A stretch of DNA of 64,000 nucleotides from Tubulanus polymorphus (taxonomy: Eukaryota; Animalia; Nemertea), in the NCBI RefSeq assembly GCF_964204645.1, contig NC_134031.1, positions 4,216,001-4,280,000 of the forward strand, in the 5' to 3' direction. The notes below the pieces were generated by a model. That model made no database searches. It worked only from the letters and a program-made list of their open reading frames with translations, and was not told where the DNA came from. Position numbers and translations under genes: made by a program. Below, piece by piece: positions 51,354 to 63,564 of this stretch. How positions within the stretch are numbered: the stretch's first letter is position 1; the number at the start of each line of letters is the position of its first letter.

Positions 51354-54300
51354 ATGCCGAAAAAGAAAGGAATTCCCCGAAAAACTCTAGTAGCTGATGG
51401 CACAGACCAAGAGTCGTCGAAAATACCTACAGAAAATGTGCTTATTTCTTCGTCGGAATTAAAATTACCAGAAAAACGCAAGAGCCCGTCCTCGACATCA
51501 TCTCCGCCCAGTTTTGCGAAAAAAACGAAACCGGCGGTCGAATCTACGGCTGCAGAGGCGAAACCGGAGCCGGGTAACCTGGGTTCGATAGAGTTCATAG
51601 CAACTCAACGCGGAGGCCGAAGTATCATCAAAGATGGATTTAAATTCCGACTTTCACTGGCAAAACCGAGTAGGATATACTGGAAATGCACGATACAAGG
51701 ATGCAACGCTAGACTTACTACATCGGTTCCAGGAGACAAGTGAGTGTCGGCTGGCCCCAGTGTAAACGAGGGATTCATTTATTCATTCAACCTATCAATC
51801 AATCGCGCGGATTGGTGTCCCGTCCCGTTAGTCAGTAGAAAAAGCCTTTCTGTGGTTTAATTCACGATCGGATACATTTTTTCAAGCCCATCCGAGTATG
51901 AAAGCTTGCCACCAACGATTAGGTTTATAACTAGTGTCCCGTTCATTCATTCATTTATTCATTCATGCTCCACCACACTCGCATTCGCGAACATTTTTTG
52001 AGCGCGCGCGTCTGGGGGAAGAAAAAGAATCTAATTAATGATAATAATAGAAGAAATAATGTATATACACTTTTAAAAACGCTTAAAACGGGTTTCAGAA
52101 TTTATGGGGTGTGCAGATACCAGCCTCCTGAAGGATTCAGGTGGCTTGGTCTGGACAACTGATGCCGGAAGGGTATTCCACTGAGCTTTTGTTGTATTCC
52201 AGATTATTGGCAATTAGTGGAATACATACGCACGTGGCAGAGGGCGCGAAAATCCAAGCGGAGAAATGCGTGAATCGAATGCGCCAACGAGTCGTTTCCG
52301 AAATGACTCCCATTTCAACTATATTCAAACAAGAAATCGAAGCGATCGCGAACGAAGAATTGGATCCAGAATCGGTGCAAGCTCACATTCCATCTCTAGC
52401 GGTTTTGGACTCGTCGCTCTATCGACGCCGTAAACTCGTCACCGGCGGAGGACTAACCATGGTTCCTAAAAATATGAACAAGTAATTGTCTATACCGTCA
52501 GCGGGGCGGATCTAGCCTTATAGTTCTGAGTCTTGCCCAGTCGCGGAAGGTCATCTATGTCATAGAAAGTTTTGAATATTTAGGGCTTTGAGCACATTCT
52601 ATCCATCAATTCTATCCTTCTATGCATCAACAAAATATATGGAAGTTTATTATTTTCGAATACTTCTACAAACCTGAGCCCACTGCTCATTCTGTAGTAG
52701 CGCTAGGCTGGATCCGCCCCTCTGAGAGTGTATGATTTGCGATAGTGTAGAAAGGTTATTTCCTTCTATATTCAAACAATTATCAATTCGCCTGAAACAT
52801 TTATCAGAGAATATCAACTTACGTGATATAGATCTCAGTAGTCGTTCAGAGTTGATTAAACCCACAGTCGATTACTTAATAACTTTCTAGTGTGACCGAG
52901 TTTATCCAAACTCTATCGTCAGAGAAACAAAAACAATATGTCATTTTTTGCTAATCATCAACATTCCCTTAAGCAGATTGTATATTTTCGTTATGTCATG
53001 GCAATCCTATCGTAGCGCATTCGTGAAGCATAAAAACGAAAGAACGATTTTAAATTTTTTGAACTGTGTTTTCAGGGACAAAACAACATTCGAGGCAGAC
53101 GATGTCGAGGAATGGACAACAAATCTTTCGCAGAGAGAATTTGAAACTCCATCAGCAGACGTGAAAATAATCGACAAAAATGTAAAAGATTTGAACAGGC
53201 AGACGTTGGACGCTTTGAATGTCAAACATATCAAACTCCTGATCATTGATTTGAGGAAGGTGAGATGAATGAAAATGGTCCTTTTAACGATTTGATTCGA
53301 TTACTCATATACAGTCAACCCCCGCTATGCCGCTCAAAACCTAGCGGTTGGCGGGGTCAGGGGGAGCACCTTCTTTTAAGTTAATTTTTTCTAAAACTAA
53401 ATCAACCTTATTGGGTGTTTCAAAAATATAGATATAGTTGATGTTTTCTGGTGACTTTCCACCAGAAAAGCCCAGATAGCTCTAAAATTGCATCAAATTT
53501 AGAAAATTTTCTCAGGGAGACCCAGACCTCCTCCAGATTAGGAACTTCGCACTCGAGTGTGCCCTTATTTACCGAGATGTGCCCTCATTTTTCCTGCTCC
53601 CCTCCTTAGACCATAGATCCACCCCTGGGGATGGCGGTATATCGGGGGTTGACTGTAGTTGGAGTTCTCATGATTCCCGGAATTTCCACGAGGTCACCTT
53701 GATATAATACGGGTAATACAAGGATCTCTCATTTCCTCCTTGTACGATTATATTCCCTTATCGCAAAAATAAACTGTCGTTAGTTATGCAATTGCTTCAT
53801 GGTGGAAACTGTATTGAATTTCGATGCCATCTCATCTTACACTCGCCATCGTTCGCGAGAAATACGAAATATGAGGATGAATAAAACCGCCCACTCCATC
53901 AATGAATTTTACATGTCGTGGTTTTGCCTCTAAATTTTTTTTTAATATACAGTAGACATCGCTCAAATGGGGTCCGATCAATTCGGGTGTTTGTTGAAAT
54001 ATTTTTGCGACACTACCGTGTATCTATGAAATATATTCAACTGGGGATAATCGCTCGTTGAATCTTTGATGTATCGAGACAAATGATAATTGTGATGAAC
54101 GTGTTTAAAGCAAAAATATGAACTGGATTTTGGTCTTGTAGGATATAAATGTACAGTTAGCCAAGTGGGCGATCCAGCTCGTACAGGATTTCAACTCGCG
54201 CTCAGCGAAACTAATCAACGCCGAAAGCTGTCTGGTGATTTTACCAAGCAATGAAAGCCTGTCTTATATGGCCTACGTTTACGACATGTTGAAAGGCCTG

Positions 54301-56052
54301 TACACATTCACCGACTTGTGGTATTTCACAGATGACTCGAAGAAAGAAAAGATCAAATACGCTGGTATTCTTCGTTTTTATTCAATGTTCGGTTTTAAAT
54401 CAGTAATCGGATTAAATGTAATTATCTGTAATGTTTTCTGCCTCTCGTTGCAAATCAGATGGAACCGTTCTAAATGCGGTAACGCCTGCGATATTCTGCC
54501 ATCGGAACAGCAGGGATGACGTACGCCTGAAATTCAACAAATGTTACCGAAAGAACGTGTCGAATCACTGGAGCGTCAAACAAAGTCAGTCGTGGGCCGA
54601 GGTGCTGGTGGAAGTGATCAGTATGACCGTTTATCCAACTGAGTCAATTCTAGATATCTCTGGGTCTGGTAAGATCAAAACTTACGTCGGCCCGTAGCGC
54701 GGTTGGGTTCGTTCTTTCTATGGCTGGACGGGTGTGTGTCGGGGGTCCTCCCTATGAAAATTTGCTATATGGCCCGCGAGTGATTTCCGTTCTAGTGTAA
54801 CGTTTCTGCTTGATATCAGGGTCTGCTATAGACCATCATTCCAGGATATATAACGAGTTTTCAAAAATATTCAAAAATTCAAATTGCCTATTTCTCAAAA
54901 TTGAAGGAGTTTTAAAGGAGTATTGGGCATTTTGCCCAAATGAAATGAGTTTTATGCACCTTCAAAAGCATTGTTAAAAGCACTGTAGTTTTTTTTGCGG
55001 GAATTCGTTCGACCCCCCTCCCCCCCCCCCCCAAAAAAAAAAAACTGAAAGCTCGATTTACTTTTCCAGAATGCGTTTTACGAGCCGTGAAAAAGACTGG
55101 CAACAATCTGTTCACTGTCAAAATGGGCGCTGGAGCGGGAGATAGTAGTGATCCATCTACTAATTATGAGAAAACATCGGCCGTTGATCAGCAAGTAGAC
55201 AGCGAGTTTACTCATAATTCCGAAACCGATTTTGAAAATCATTGTGCGTTGACAAGTAGCAGCAATACAGACGATAACAACAGATCGGCGGCTGCTATGT
55301 TAGCCGATGTGGACTATGTAACTATCGGTAACGAACGAGTTTACGTCAACGAGCCAACCAGAAGCGCCCTTTTACTGGCCAGCAATTTCAGCGCCGTTTC
55401 ATTGGCGATGGCCGACGGTAAAAAGTCATGCGCGTCGGCCAGTAACCACAGCGACGAGAACCAGTGGAGTTTGATAGGCTGCGACGACGCGACGATTATC
55501 AACGGCGAATCCGTAACTGGCGACGAGCCGAAGAGCGAAAAAATTCTGATCAGACTCCAAACGGTCGGAAATCATCAGAACGATTCGAGTAAAGTTAACA
55601 TTACAGTCGAGGACGCGATTATCGCCGCTGAGCCCTGTTGCAAAACCGTCAACGTCATCCAACAAGGACAGGAGGCATCTCAGTCGCTCGTGGGAATTAA
55701 CCAAATTCGTCTGCAACCAGCCGCATCGACGAAGAACGAAAATACGAGTGATTTTAACAAAATCGACAACTGTCACGAATCCGACCGCGTTGAACCGATG
55801 TTAACGAACTCCAACGTGTTAGTATCAGACGTTACCGGATTACAGCAACGATCGAATTTGGAATCGTCCGAATCGGCGCTCAATGAAATGAAACCAGCAG
55901 GCGAATCGCCTACTGGTATTATTCCCGACGAAATAGTAAACCAGGACGCGGTCGTAGTAGGAATCACGAATGATCAACACGCTCGACAAGAGTGGCTTCA
56001 TTACATACAAGAAACGGAAAGATATTGGCTCGGAAACGATAAATCTAACTAA
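51354..56052 (+). CDS. FLYWCH zinc-finger protein with a central putative inactive N6/N4 DNA-methyltransferase-like domain, ~754 aa; exons 51354-51739, 52203-52481, 53076-53259, 54142-54364, 54459-54668, 55070-56052
   Basis: FLYWCH: FIATQRGGRSIIKDGFKF..YWKC...GCNARLTT..HTH, followed by a MULE-like helical segment (SLYRRR). Junctions are GT-AG and in phase (2265 nt). AATAAA at 56144. The MTase-like call is from motif spacing only. Confidence 0.82.
52499..52724. mobile_element. MITE family D copy in the FLYWCH gene intron
   Basis: TIR CAGCGGGGCGGATCTAGCCT / AGGCTGGATCCGCCCCTCTG. Confidence 0.7.
53312..53655. mobile_element. Tc1/mariner(pogo)-type MITE
   Basis: TA|CAGTCAACCCCCGCTATGCCGC ... 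GGCGGTATATCGGGGGTTGACTG|TA; TA TSD. Confidence 0.75.
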
Positions 56053-56589
56053 TCCGATACCTGCATCTGGGAAACGAAAAGAATTGCTAGAGCTCCCCTT
56101 TTTTACTTTCACGTGAAAATCCTATCCAGAAATTACGTCAAACAATAAAGATTCAATTATCAACAATTTTATTCAACTTAAAGTAGAAAAGTTAGTGGAA
56201 CTATTTACATCATTGTTTGTTAATAAATCCTTTTTTTTCAGTATAAACTACATGCACACGCATGAATCATGGAATAATCATGAATCACAAACTCTAATTT
56301 ACTTCTCATCGAGTTCCCATAATCTCACTCGAAACAAAAATTACTCAGAGCAACTGGAATTATCCACCGCATGTTTCATTTTCCTTCATATTCAAAAAGT
56401 GCCCAAGGAGTGCCCATCGCAATCTTGCGATCATGTGCTGATCATGTACAGTCACCGCGCATTCACAGTAGGCATTCTGGTAAGTGACACAATTGAACAC
56501 GACCGCGTTTGATCATGGAGCGACCTTCTGTCAACTTCGCTTCAGCTAGGAATGTCAATGACCAGCCGACACTGGCAGCTGGGGCATTT

Positions 56590-59500
56590 TCACGTCAGTT
56601 TCTCTAGCATGGCCAGATGATTTTCGGCGTGTTTCTTCGCTTGTTCACTTTCGGCTATCTGAAATTACGTACCATAAATCATTAAGACATAAGTTACGAT
56701 TATTCTCCTACAGAGCCCTTTCGATCAAAATCCAGATCGATAAAAGATATCTTTTCCGATCAACGAGATCTGACAATAATTTAATAATAGAAATTATTAA
56801 GACATTGAGTTAAGATTATTCTTCCACAGATGTCCAAAGCCTTGCAATCAAAATCCTTATAGTTGTAAAAGATATATGTTTTCCATTCAATGAGATTGAA
56901 CAACACCTTTTCTAAAACTGCAATGGATGAGGTTTATGATATAGATGACACATCAGTGGTATAACTGCTGATATAGGTTCACATATTGTTTTACCAGCAA
57001 ATCATACACTAATGTATCATCTACATCTATCATTAGGATCCTCGATTGTAGACAAGACGCAAAAGAGGGAGAATGAAGCAGAGGTCTCCCCGCAGACACG
57101 TAGGAGAGGAGAATAAAGCCGCGATCACACGGAGACGATTTCACCCAGATCAGGCCCGAGTCGAATGTGGCCCGAGCCTGATTAGAGTGCGCGTTCACAC
57201 CTAAACCACTCACTTGGTACTAAACAATGCTTAAAACGAAGTGAGTCACTTCAAAAAACCTGAAGCAATTCACACACAATCATTTGACCCATCCTATAAT
57301 TTGGCTCGGGTCTGGTCATCCGTGTGAACAGTTGGCCCGGGCCTAAATCCTGCAGTGAACCTGCATCCTGTATGATCGCCGCTTAGAGAGGGGCTAAACC
57401 AACTGATACAGACAAACACATGAGGCCGAGTGCGAGGGAGAGAGTGAGTGAGCAGGTATCCGTTGAAATCATTATATCAGATGTGATCCTTCATATTCGA
57501 CGTAATGATGTAATCAACACATCAGTGGTATAACTGCTGATAATGTTATAGGTCATACCAGCAATCATACACTAATGAATCAACAGCATCGGGATAATTA
57601 TCAAACCTTCCACACCCAAACAGTCCATCTCGAAACGGGAGACGGTGGCAACGATGGGCGTCGGTCGATGATGAAAATGATATCTTTAACACATCAGTGG
57701 TATAACTGCTGATACGGATACGAGATCGGTTCTACCAGCAGTCGTACTACGATGCGTTACAAATATCGACTAACGTTTACCCTCTCAAATCATCAACGCG
57801 GCTCCGTTACGATCGCGCGTCGACTAAGACAAGAGTTCGTACATCAGTGGTATAACTGCTGATAGTTTATATCAATACCGAGCAATCATACACCGATGTA
57901 TCAACAATGTCATCATTGATTTCTGATTAAAATCACATCGATCCGGCAAAAAGATTAGTTTAAGTTCTACAACAGGGTACCTACGGATATGACATTCCTA
58001 TAAGGAGTTTAAGGAGGATATAAGGAGTTTAAGGAAGTGCCTGCATCTCTTTTATATCCCAACTTCCCTAGACTACTCCTAAATCGGTACTGTTACTAAA
58101 AGGGTTCTCGGTAAAACGATAATTCGGTGGTTTTGTAAGCAGATCCTTGACACTAATAAACTCGGTTTCTAATTCCATAACCAAGTAACAAAAAGATCCT
58201 GGTTCAAACTGAACTGATTTAGGCATAGTCTAATGTATAACTTCTCAGGTATCTAATTGCCTATTTCTCAAAATTTATGCAGTTTTCAAGGAGTTTCTGA
58301 CATTTTGCACAAATTGAAGGAGTTATAAATGCCTAAATGAGCGTTTAGGCCTTCTTAAGGAATCCTGGGGTCATAGGGCACCCAATATTACAGTTTAACC
58401 CGGTCATCCTTATTACCGAGATGACGTATTTTACCGAGATGAACCGAGATGACATGAAATATAACATATTTATTTATTCCTTATCGATTTTAACAATTGA
58501 AATCATATTATATCAGTAATAAATGCTTGCTGGAATCATATTTTACATATTTGTCGGATATTTTTGTAGAAAAATAACTTTTAACTTTACCGAGATGAGA
58601 TCGTCGATCAATCAATCAAATTCAATGAAATTTTATTGCTAACCGAGTTCACGTATTAGAAGTCAAAATTTTTTTAAATAAAAAAATATGACTCTAGAAG
58701 GTATTTATTACTGATATAACATGATTTCAAGTATTAAAATCGATAAGGAATAAATAAATATGCGGTAATAAGGATGACCCGTTTAACCCATTCAACTTAA
58801 TTTTTATCAGTTTAGTTTAAGTAGTTGATTTAGTAATTTAGGTAGGTGAACCATCACATTAAGGGTATCAGACAGATAGACATACCGATTGCTGAAGAGC
58901 CACTTGCCGAACCAAATCAATATCCACATCATTCAACATTTCTCGTTCGCGATCGATTTTGTCGTCGAGCTTACTCAAGCGAAGTTTCACTCGAGCAATT
59001 TCCACGACCGGATCAGCGAAAGCCTGTAAATAAACGTTTCATGAATTCTTTAAACAACAACATTGTCAAATATCCTCGAATAACATCAGCCCTGTTCAAC
59101 CCGATGGATATAGTATATATCCCAGATGCGATGACGACCATTCACAATACACTGACCAAGAGCTGACCGACTATATAATAACATAACTATCACTTGCTAT
59201 ATGGACTCATGCAAGAATCACACTGGGCAAACATCTTCCACCCCATTATATTGATGGCTAACCGACACAATACAAGTCGATAATTATTGGACAATACCAG
59301 ACAAAGTGACTATAGATAGCCTTCCAGACCACCTATACAAAGCTGTTAATCCCAACATGGCTGTGATTTATAAATATCTAGTCAGTCTGGGAGACGGACA
59401 AAAGAATTCTCAGAGCGGAGATTATGCAGCATTGTCTCGGTCAAAGTTTGAAGCTTTTGTTTTCGGTTTAGACATAATAAGGCGTAGTTTATACCGAGAA

Positions 59501-62500
59501 ATCTCAAATCATTATAGATAGACTCCTGTATGAAATGTGTATATAATTATTGCGAGAAAAACACCCTAGTTCTGACTGTTCGAATTGGAATCAGAGACAG
59601 AAACAATATTACAGACTACAATCTCTCTCATAAAAGCCTTAATCCATAGTCATTGTTCAATTTCATCAACAGACATAGTAACTAACTGTTAAGCATCAAC
59701 TACTGTGACTGATGATTTCAACACGCCAACAAATGGCAAGCTTAATTTCTTAGGCGTTATGGAATAATAGACAATTATGAAATAGCTCATTTGTGTTAGT
59801 TTGCCCAAACAATAAATATTCAGTCCGCACACAGAAAGTTGAGGTTTGCTAATGAATTGCAATTTGATGCTTTGATACCGACTGAGATACCAGTATTTAC
59901 ATCGTATTCACTGACTGTGTCAAGAAAACACTGAATAACAAATAGTTCATAGATCGGTCACTCCTGGAGGAGTTTTGTTAAAGGAGATAATTGGAAATTT
60001 CGGGGAAGTGCCCGCATCACTTTCATATTGCAATTACACTGTAGACTCCTACAAAATGGGTACTGTTTATTTGGATAAATAGTTACTTCAGTAGTTTTGT
60101 AAGAAAATTTTGTATCATATTCTTCACTACCAAACTTGGTTTCTAATTCGTTAACCGCCTAATTGGGTAAAGAATCAATATAGAAGTAGTTTACTATCCA
60201 ACTACAACCATTTCTAGTTGCCATTTCTCGAAATTGAATAATTTTTTGGGGATTTTGCTTAAATTAAAGGGGTTTCAAGCGCCTATAAAGGCATTTTTCT
60301 GTTTAGAAGTTTTTTTTAAGGGATCGAGGAGTCATACCTTGATATTCAGGTGCATTTTCGTATTTTCATCGACCGTACGAGTGATGCAGCCGTCGGGAGT
60401 ATGATCGGAAGCGGGTTCGACGACGACTCGCCTCGACTTCATCATCGTGAGTACGATATCCTCGTATTTCTGAATGAGAGACTCGAGCGTCGGGTCGGAT
60501 GTCGACAGCACCACTGTAACAATGATACAGGTAAAACATTTTTTCAAAACGTATATATTTACAGGGCTGCCAACCTTGTCCTTACGCAGATAGGGACAGA
60601 AGGATATACACTTGGCAGCCCTGTATTTAGGTGAAAAATTCATGCTGAACGAACACTTCGTCTGACTTACAATCCGTGCGGCCGTTTGAAAAATTGAAAT
60701 CTCTTCGCAAATTCATCGCAACCGTGGCGATACTTTGGATGTATTTCAAGTCCTGTTCTAACTGTACATTCTGCCATTGAAACTGCCGAAGAAATAACAA
60801 CAGTTACGGTACCTTTTTCCTAAATACAGTAAACTCCTGCTTAAGTCAAGTGCATTCAATTTGCTTGTTATTTTAAAAATTTGGATTTACGTTTGAAAAT
60901 TTCACTACGTCCTGCTAATGTCCGAAAATATCAGACTTGAGCAAAGTCTATAGTATTAGCTTAATTCTTGTTATTTTAAAAATTTGGATTTATGTTTGAA
61001 AGGATTGAAATTACCAGACTATCGACTACGTCCAGCTAATGTCCGAAAATATCAGACTTGAGCGGAGTCTATAGTATTAGCTTAATTCATGTTTCTAAAA
61101 TAAATCCAGAGGATGCGTTGCGTAAAACTCGAAACTCACCTCAGTTGGAGTCGGGTAAGGTGCGATCATGATGCTCTCGGCTCTGAGCGATGGCGGTCCC
61201 GGCAGTCTCTGGTAAAGTTCTTCGGTTAGGTACGGCATGAACGGGCTCAAAGCGCGCAATCCGTTATCGAACACTGTATACATTACATCGCGTGCAACGC
61301 GTGCCGATTCGGTGTCCGTTAATAACGTCGGTTTAATACATTCCTAAAGGAAGACGGCGGTAAGAATTCATCAATAAGGATCTATGAGATTCCGATTGAG
61401 TTTCAGCAAGAACAGGTGAAATCTTCTTGGAATTAAGATCAATCTGACTTAAGTGGAAATGCGTAAAAACAAACTTCAGAGAACCAGAAAATCCATTCGC
61501 TTTAAGCAAAGTTCTACGAGCTATGAAATAATTAAAATAGTTATATTTGGAATGATTTTCGATGTTACAATCATTTTATCCCAGGTTGTTATAACAAGAT
61601 TCCACTGGTTTTCACAATAAGTGCATTATCTTGAAACCGAAAGTTCGATTTTTCGTATCGAAAACCATAATCAGCAGAAGAAAAGTGAATATAACTTACG
61701 AGATAAACGTCGCAGAATTCTTCGAACCAGAATCGATTTAAGGCTCGACACACGAGATGTAGATTGTAGTTGTTGAACTGCGCGTTACAGATATCAACCA
61801 GTTCACTCATACGAATTAAAATCCAATTATCAATTGCGCTTACATTTTCCTGAAAAAGAAACGGATCATCCAGTACATTTTCCTTGCATGAAAGATGACT
61901 TCAAATAATCGGAATCCAATTTTCGTGAAAAAGTCAATCTCAAGTATTTGGTTTCAGCCATATTTTCGGTATATCTCCAGCAATCAAAATTCAACAATTC
62001 GAAGCATAAAAATCGGGTTATGAACTGATAGAACCGAGTCCAGAACTTACCGTAACATTGGATGGCTCGTAATCAGCAGGAATGTTTTGCAGGAAGAACC
62101 GGAACGCTTGCCAGATCTTGTTACAGAAATTACGATTATATACGGCGTGATCGACGTTGAAATTTATGTTCTGATCTGCAACAAGCGAAAACCTCTATGA
62201 GAACGCTGGCAAATACCGAGACTGATTAACGAAGTAACCGAGGGGCAAAATGAAACGTACTTTTGAAGTTGTAAGAACACAAAGTGAATCGCAGTGCATC
62301 CGCACCACATTGCTTGATCCCGTGTGGAAACTGTCTCTTCTGGCCGGCCATCGCTTTATCGATCTCAGACGGCGGCAAATTACTTTTCTCTAGTTCAGCA
62401 TTCAGTACCTGATGGGAGGAAATATCGATTCAATTTTAAATGAAAGTTCACTCAGATCTCAGGTAACGCTGGTGGCGAATGAACTGTGCCTAGTCCCAGC

Positions 62501-63564
62501 GCGTATTCTATGTATTTTTACCTTCAAACGAACTCCTTGTATCACATGTATCGGATTTATAACGTTCCCGAGAGATTTACTCATTTTACGCCCATAAACA
62601 TCTCTCAGTAATCCGTGTAATAGCACCTGAAAATATTTATTAATCACATGTTCGCATCACAGAAGTTCCAAGAAACAGTCAGCCCATGGACTATCTGCCA
62701 GCATCAATTATTGAATTTCAGCAAAATGCAAAATTTGGTTGATTTTCAATTGTAATTATTGATTCTCATCCGCAATAGACTGTAAAACGCACCTTTTTAA
62801 ATGGCAACGAACCGTGCAGTTCTTGACACAACATGACCATACGCGCGACCCAGAAAAACAAAATGTCACTACCAGTTTCCAGTATATTAGTCGGATAATA
62901 CTGCTGTAGATCATCGGTCTATTGAAAGTTAAACGGTAATCCAGTTAAAGAACAGTTTAAGATACTTCGAAAATGCAGAAAACTATGAAATATACAAACC
63001 GAATCCGGCCAGCCAAGCATCGACAGAGGAAAAATAGCTGATGAAAACCACGTATCTAAAACATCTTCATCTGAAATCAGTATTACACGTGTCAAATGCG
63101 CTTAACTTTTCGCTAATTAGACAATTATCAGATATATTTACCTTGAATAAGTTGAAGTTGATCTGATGCTAAACCGGTCAAGTTTGCAGCTTTCAGCGTT
63201 GCCTCTTCTAATGATTTACCACTAACCCATAGATCAACCCCATTTTCCTGTAACAAAATATCCGATTAAAAGACTAATTCATTGTTAAATTAGCAGAAAT
63301 AGGTGAGAATTCTTAGTTACCTTGATCCGTTTACCAGTCGCGTCCATAACTCTATAAGCCGGTATCTGGTGTCCCCACCACAACTGGCGACTGATACACC
63401 AGTCCTGTTTGGCTTTCAACCACTCGTTCCAGATGTTCTCGTGGTGGTCGGGAATGAGCTGCAACTCGCACGAGTTCACAACGTCCCGAGCTCGGTCCAT
63501 CGACATCGAACAATCGACAAACCACTGCTCCCGCAACACCGGTTCGATGATATCTCCGGATCGA
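56590..63564 (-). CDS. VARS2: Valine--tRNA ligase, mitochondrial type, 3' portion (5' exons lie beyond the window); last exons 59023-58886 and 56658-56590
   Basis: [111 protein letters not shown] and a C-terminal coiled coil. The RSGD and GHQIPAY motifs favour VARS2 over VARS1. Confidence 0.93.
56942..57023 (-). ncRNA. mir-1992: pre-miRNA hairpin, miR-1992-like copy 1 (3p mature ~56971-56949)
   Basis: 3p arm UCAGCAGUUAUACCACUGAUGUG pairs with 5p arm ACAUUAGUGUAUGAUUUGCUGGUA; basal stem UAGAUGA/UCAUCUA. Confidence 0.8.
57116..57384. mobile_element. MITE family A copy 2, inside the miRNA cluster
   Basis: AAGCCGCGATCACACGGAGACGATTT start identical to 1107; degenerate right TIR TGATCGCCGCTT. 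Confidence 0.7.
57507..57590 (-). ncRNA. mir-1992: pre-miRNA hairpin, miR-1992-like copy 2 (mature ~57540-57518)
   Basis: Identical 3p arm; complementary arm TACCAGCAATCATACACTAATG (+ strand 57556-57577); different loop. Confidence 0.8.
57679..57767 (-). ncRNA. mir-1992: pre-miRNA hairpin, miR-1992-like copy 3 (mature ~57712-57690)
   Basis: Identical 3p arm; diverged but still pairing star arm TACCAGCAGTCGTACTACGATGCGTTA. Confidence 0.8.
57828..57911 (-). ncRNA. mir-1992: pre-miRNA hairpin, miR-1992-like copy 4 (mature ~57862-57840)
   Basis: 3p arm identical over 22 nt; star arm TACCGAGCAATCATACACCGATGTA. Confidence 0.78.
57973..58383. mobile_element. Non-autonomous hAT-like element (CAGGG termini), family E; related fragments 59962-60334 and 54817-54965
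   Basis: CAGGGTACCTA ... TAGGGCACCC ends; shared internal blocks GGAAGTGCC.GCATC, GGTACTGTT, GGTTTCTAATTC, TTGCCTATTTCTCAAAATT, AAGGAGTT. Confidence 0.6.
58399..58782. mobile_element. TTAA-flanked (piggyBac-like) MITE with long TIRs; fragment also at ~25095-25135
   Basis: TTAA|CCCGGTCATCCTTATTACCG ... CGGTAATAAGGATGACCCGT|TTAA plus a ~60-bp subterminal inverted block. Confidence 0.75.
60562..60623. mobile_element. Ultra-short hAT-like MITE
   Basis: CAGGGCTGCCAA ... TTGGCAGCCCTG (12-bp perfect TIR) with TATTTA on both flanks. Confidence 0.6.

Noticed and set aside
51354-52481. Autonomous Mutator/MULE transposase
   Set aside because: There is no DDE catalytic domain or TIRs, and it is a multi-intron host-type gene.
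56949-57864. CRISPR-like array (four identical ~24-nt direct repeats)
   Set aside because: The spacing is irregular (569, 172, 150 bp), each repeat has its own complementary arm forming a pre-miRNA hairpin, the site is a eukaryotic intron, and there are no cas genes.
59128-59166. Box C/D snoRNA-like motifs (ATGACGA ... CTGA)
   Set aside because: Too short, antisense to the host gene, and no convincing terminal stem.
59230-59910. Weak hairpins in the penultimate VARS2 intron as further miRNAs
   Set aside because: Pairing is poor by eye and I recognise no mature sequence.
60866-61090. ~130-bp tandem duplication in a VARS2 intron
   Set aside because: A simple local duplication with no structural or coding signal.
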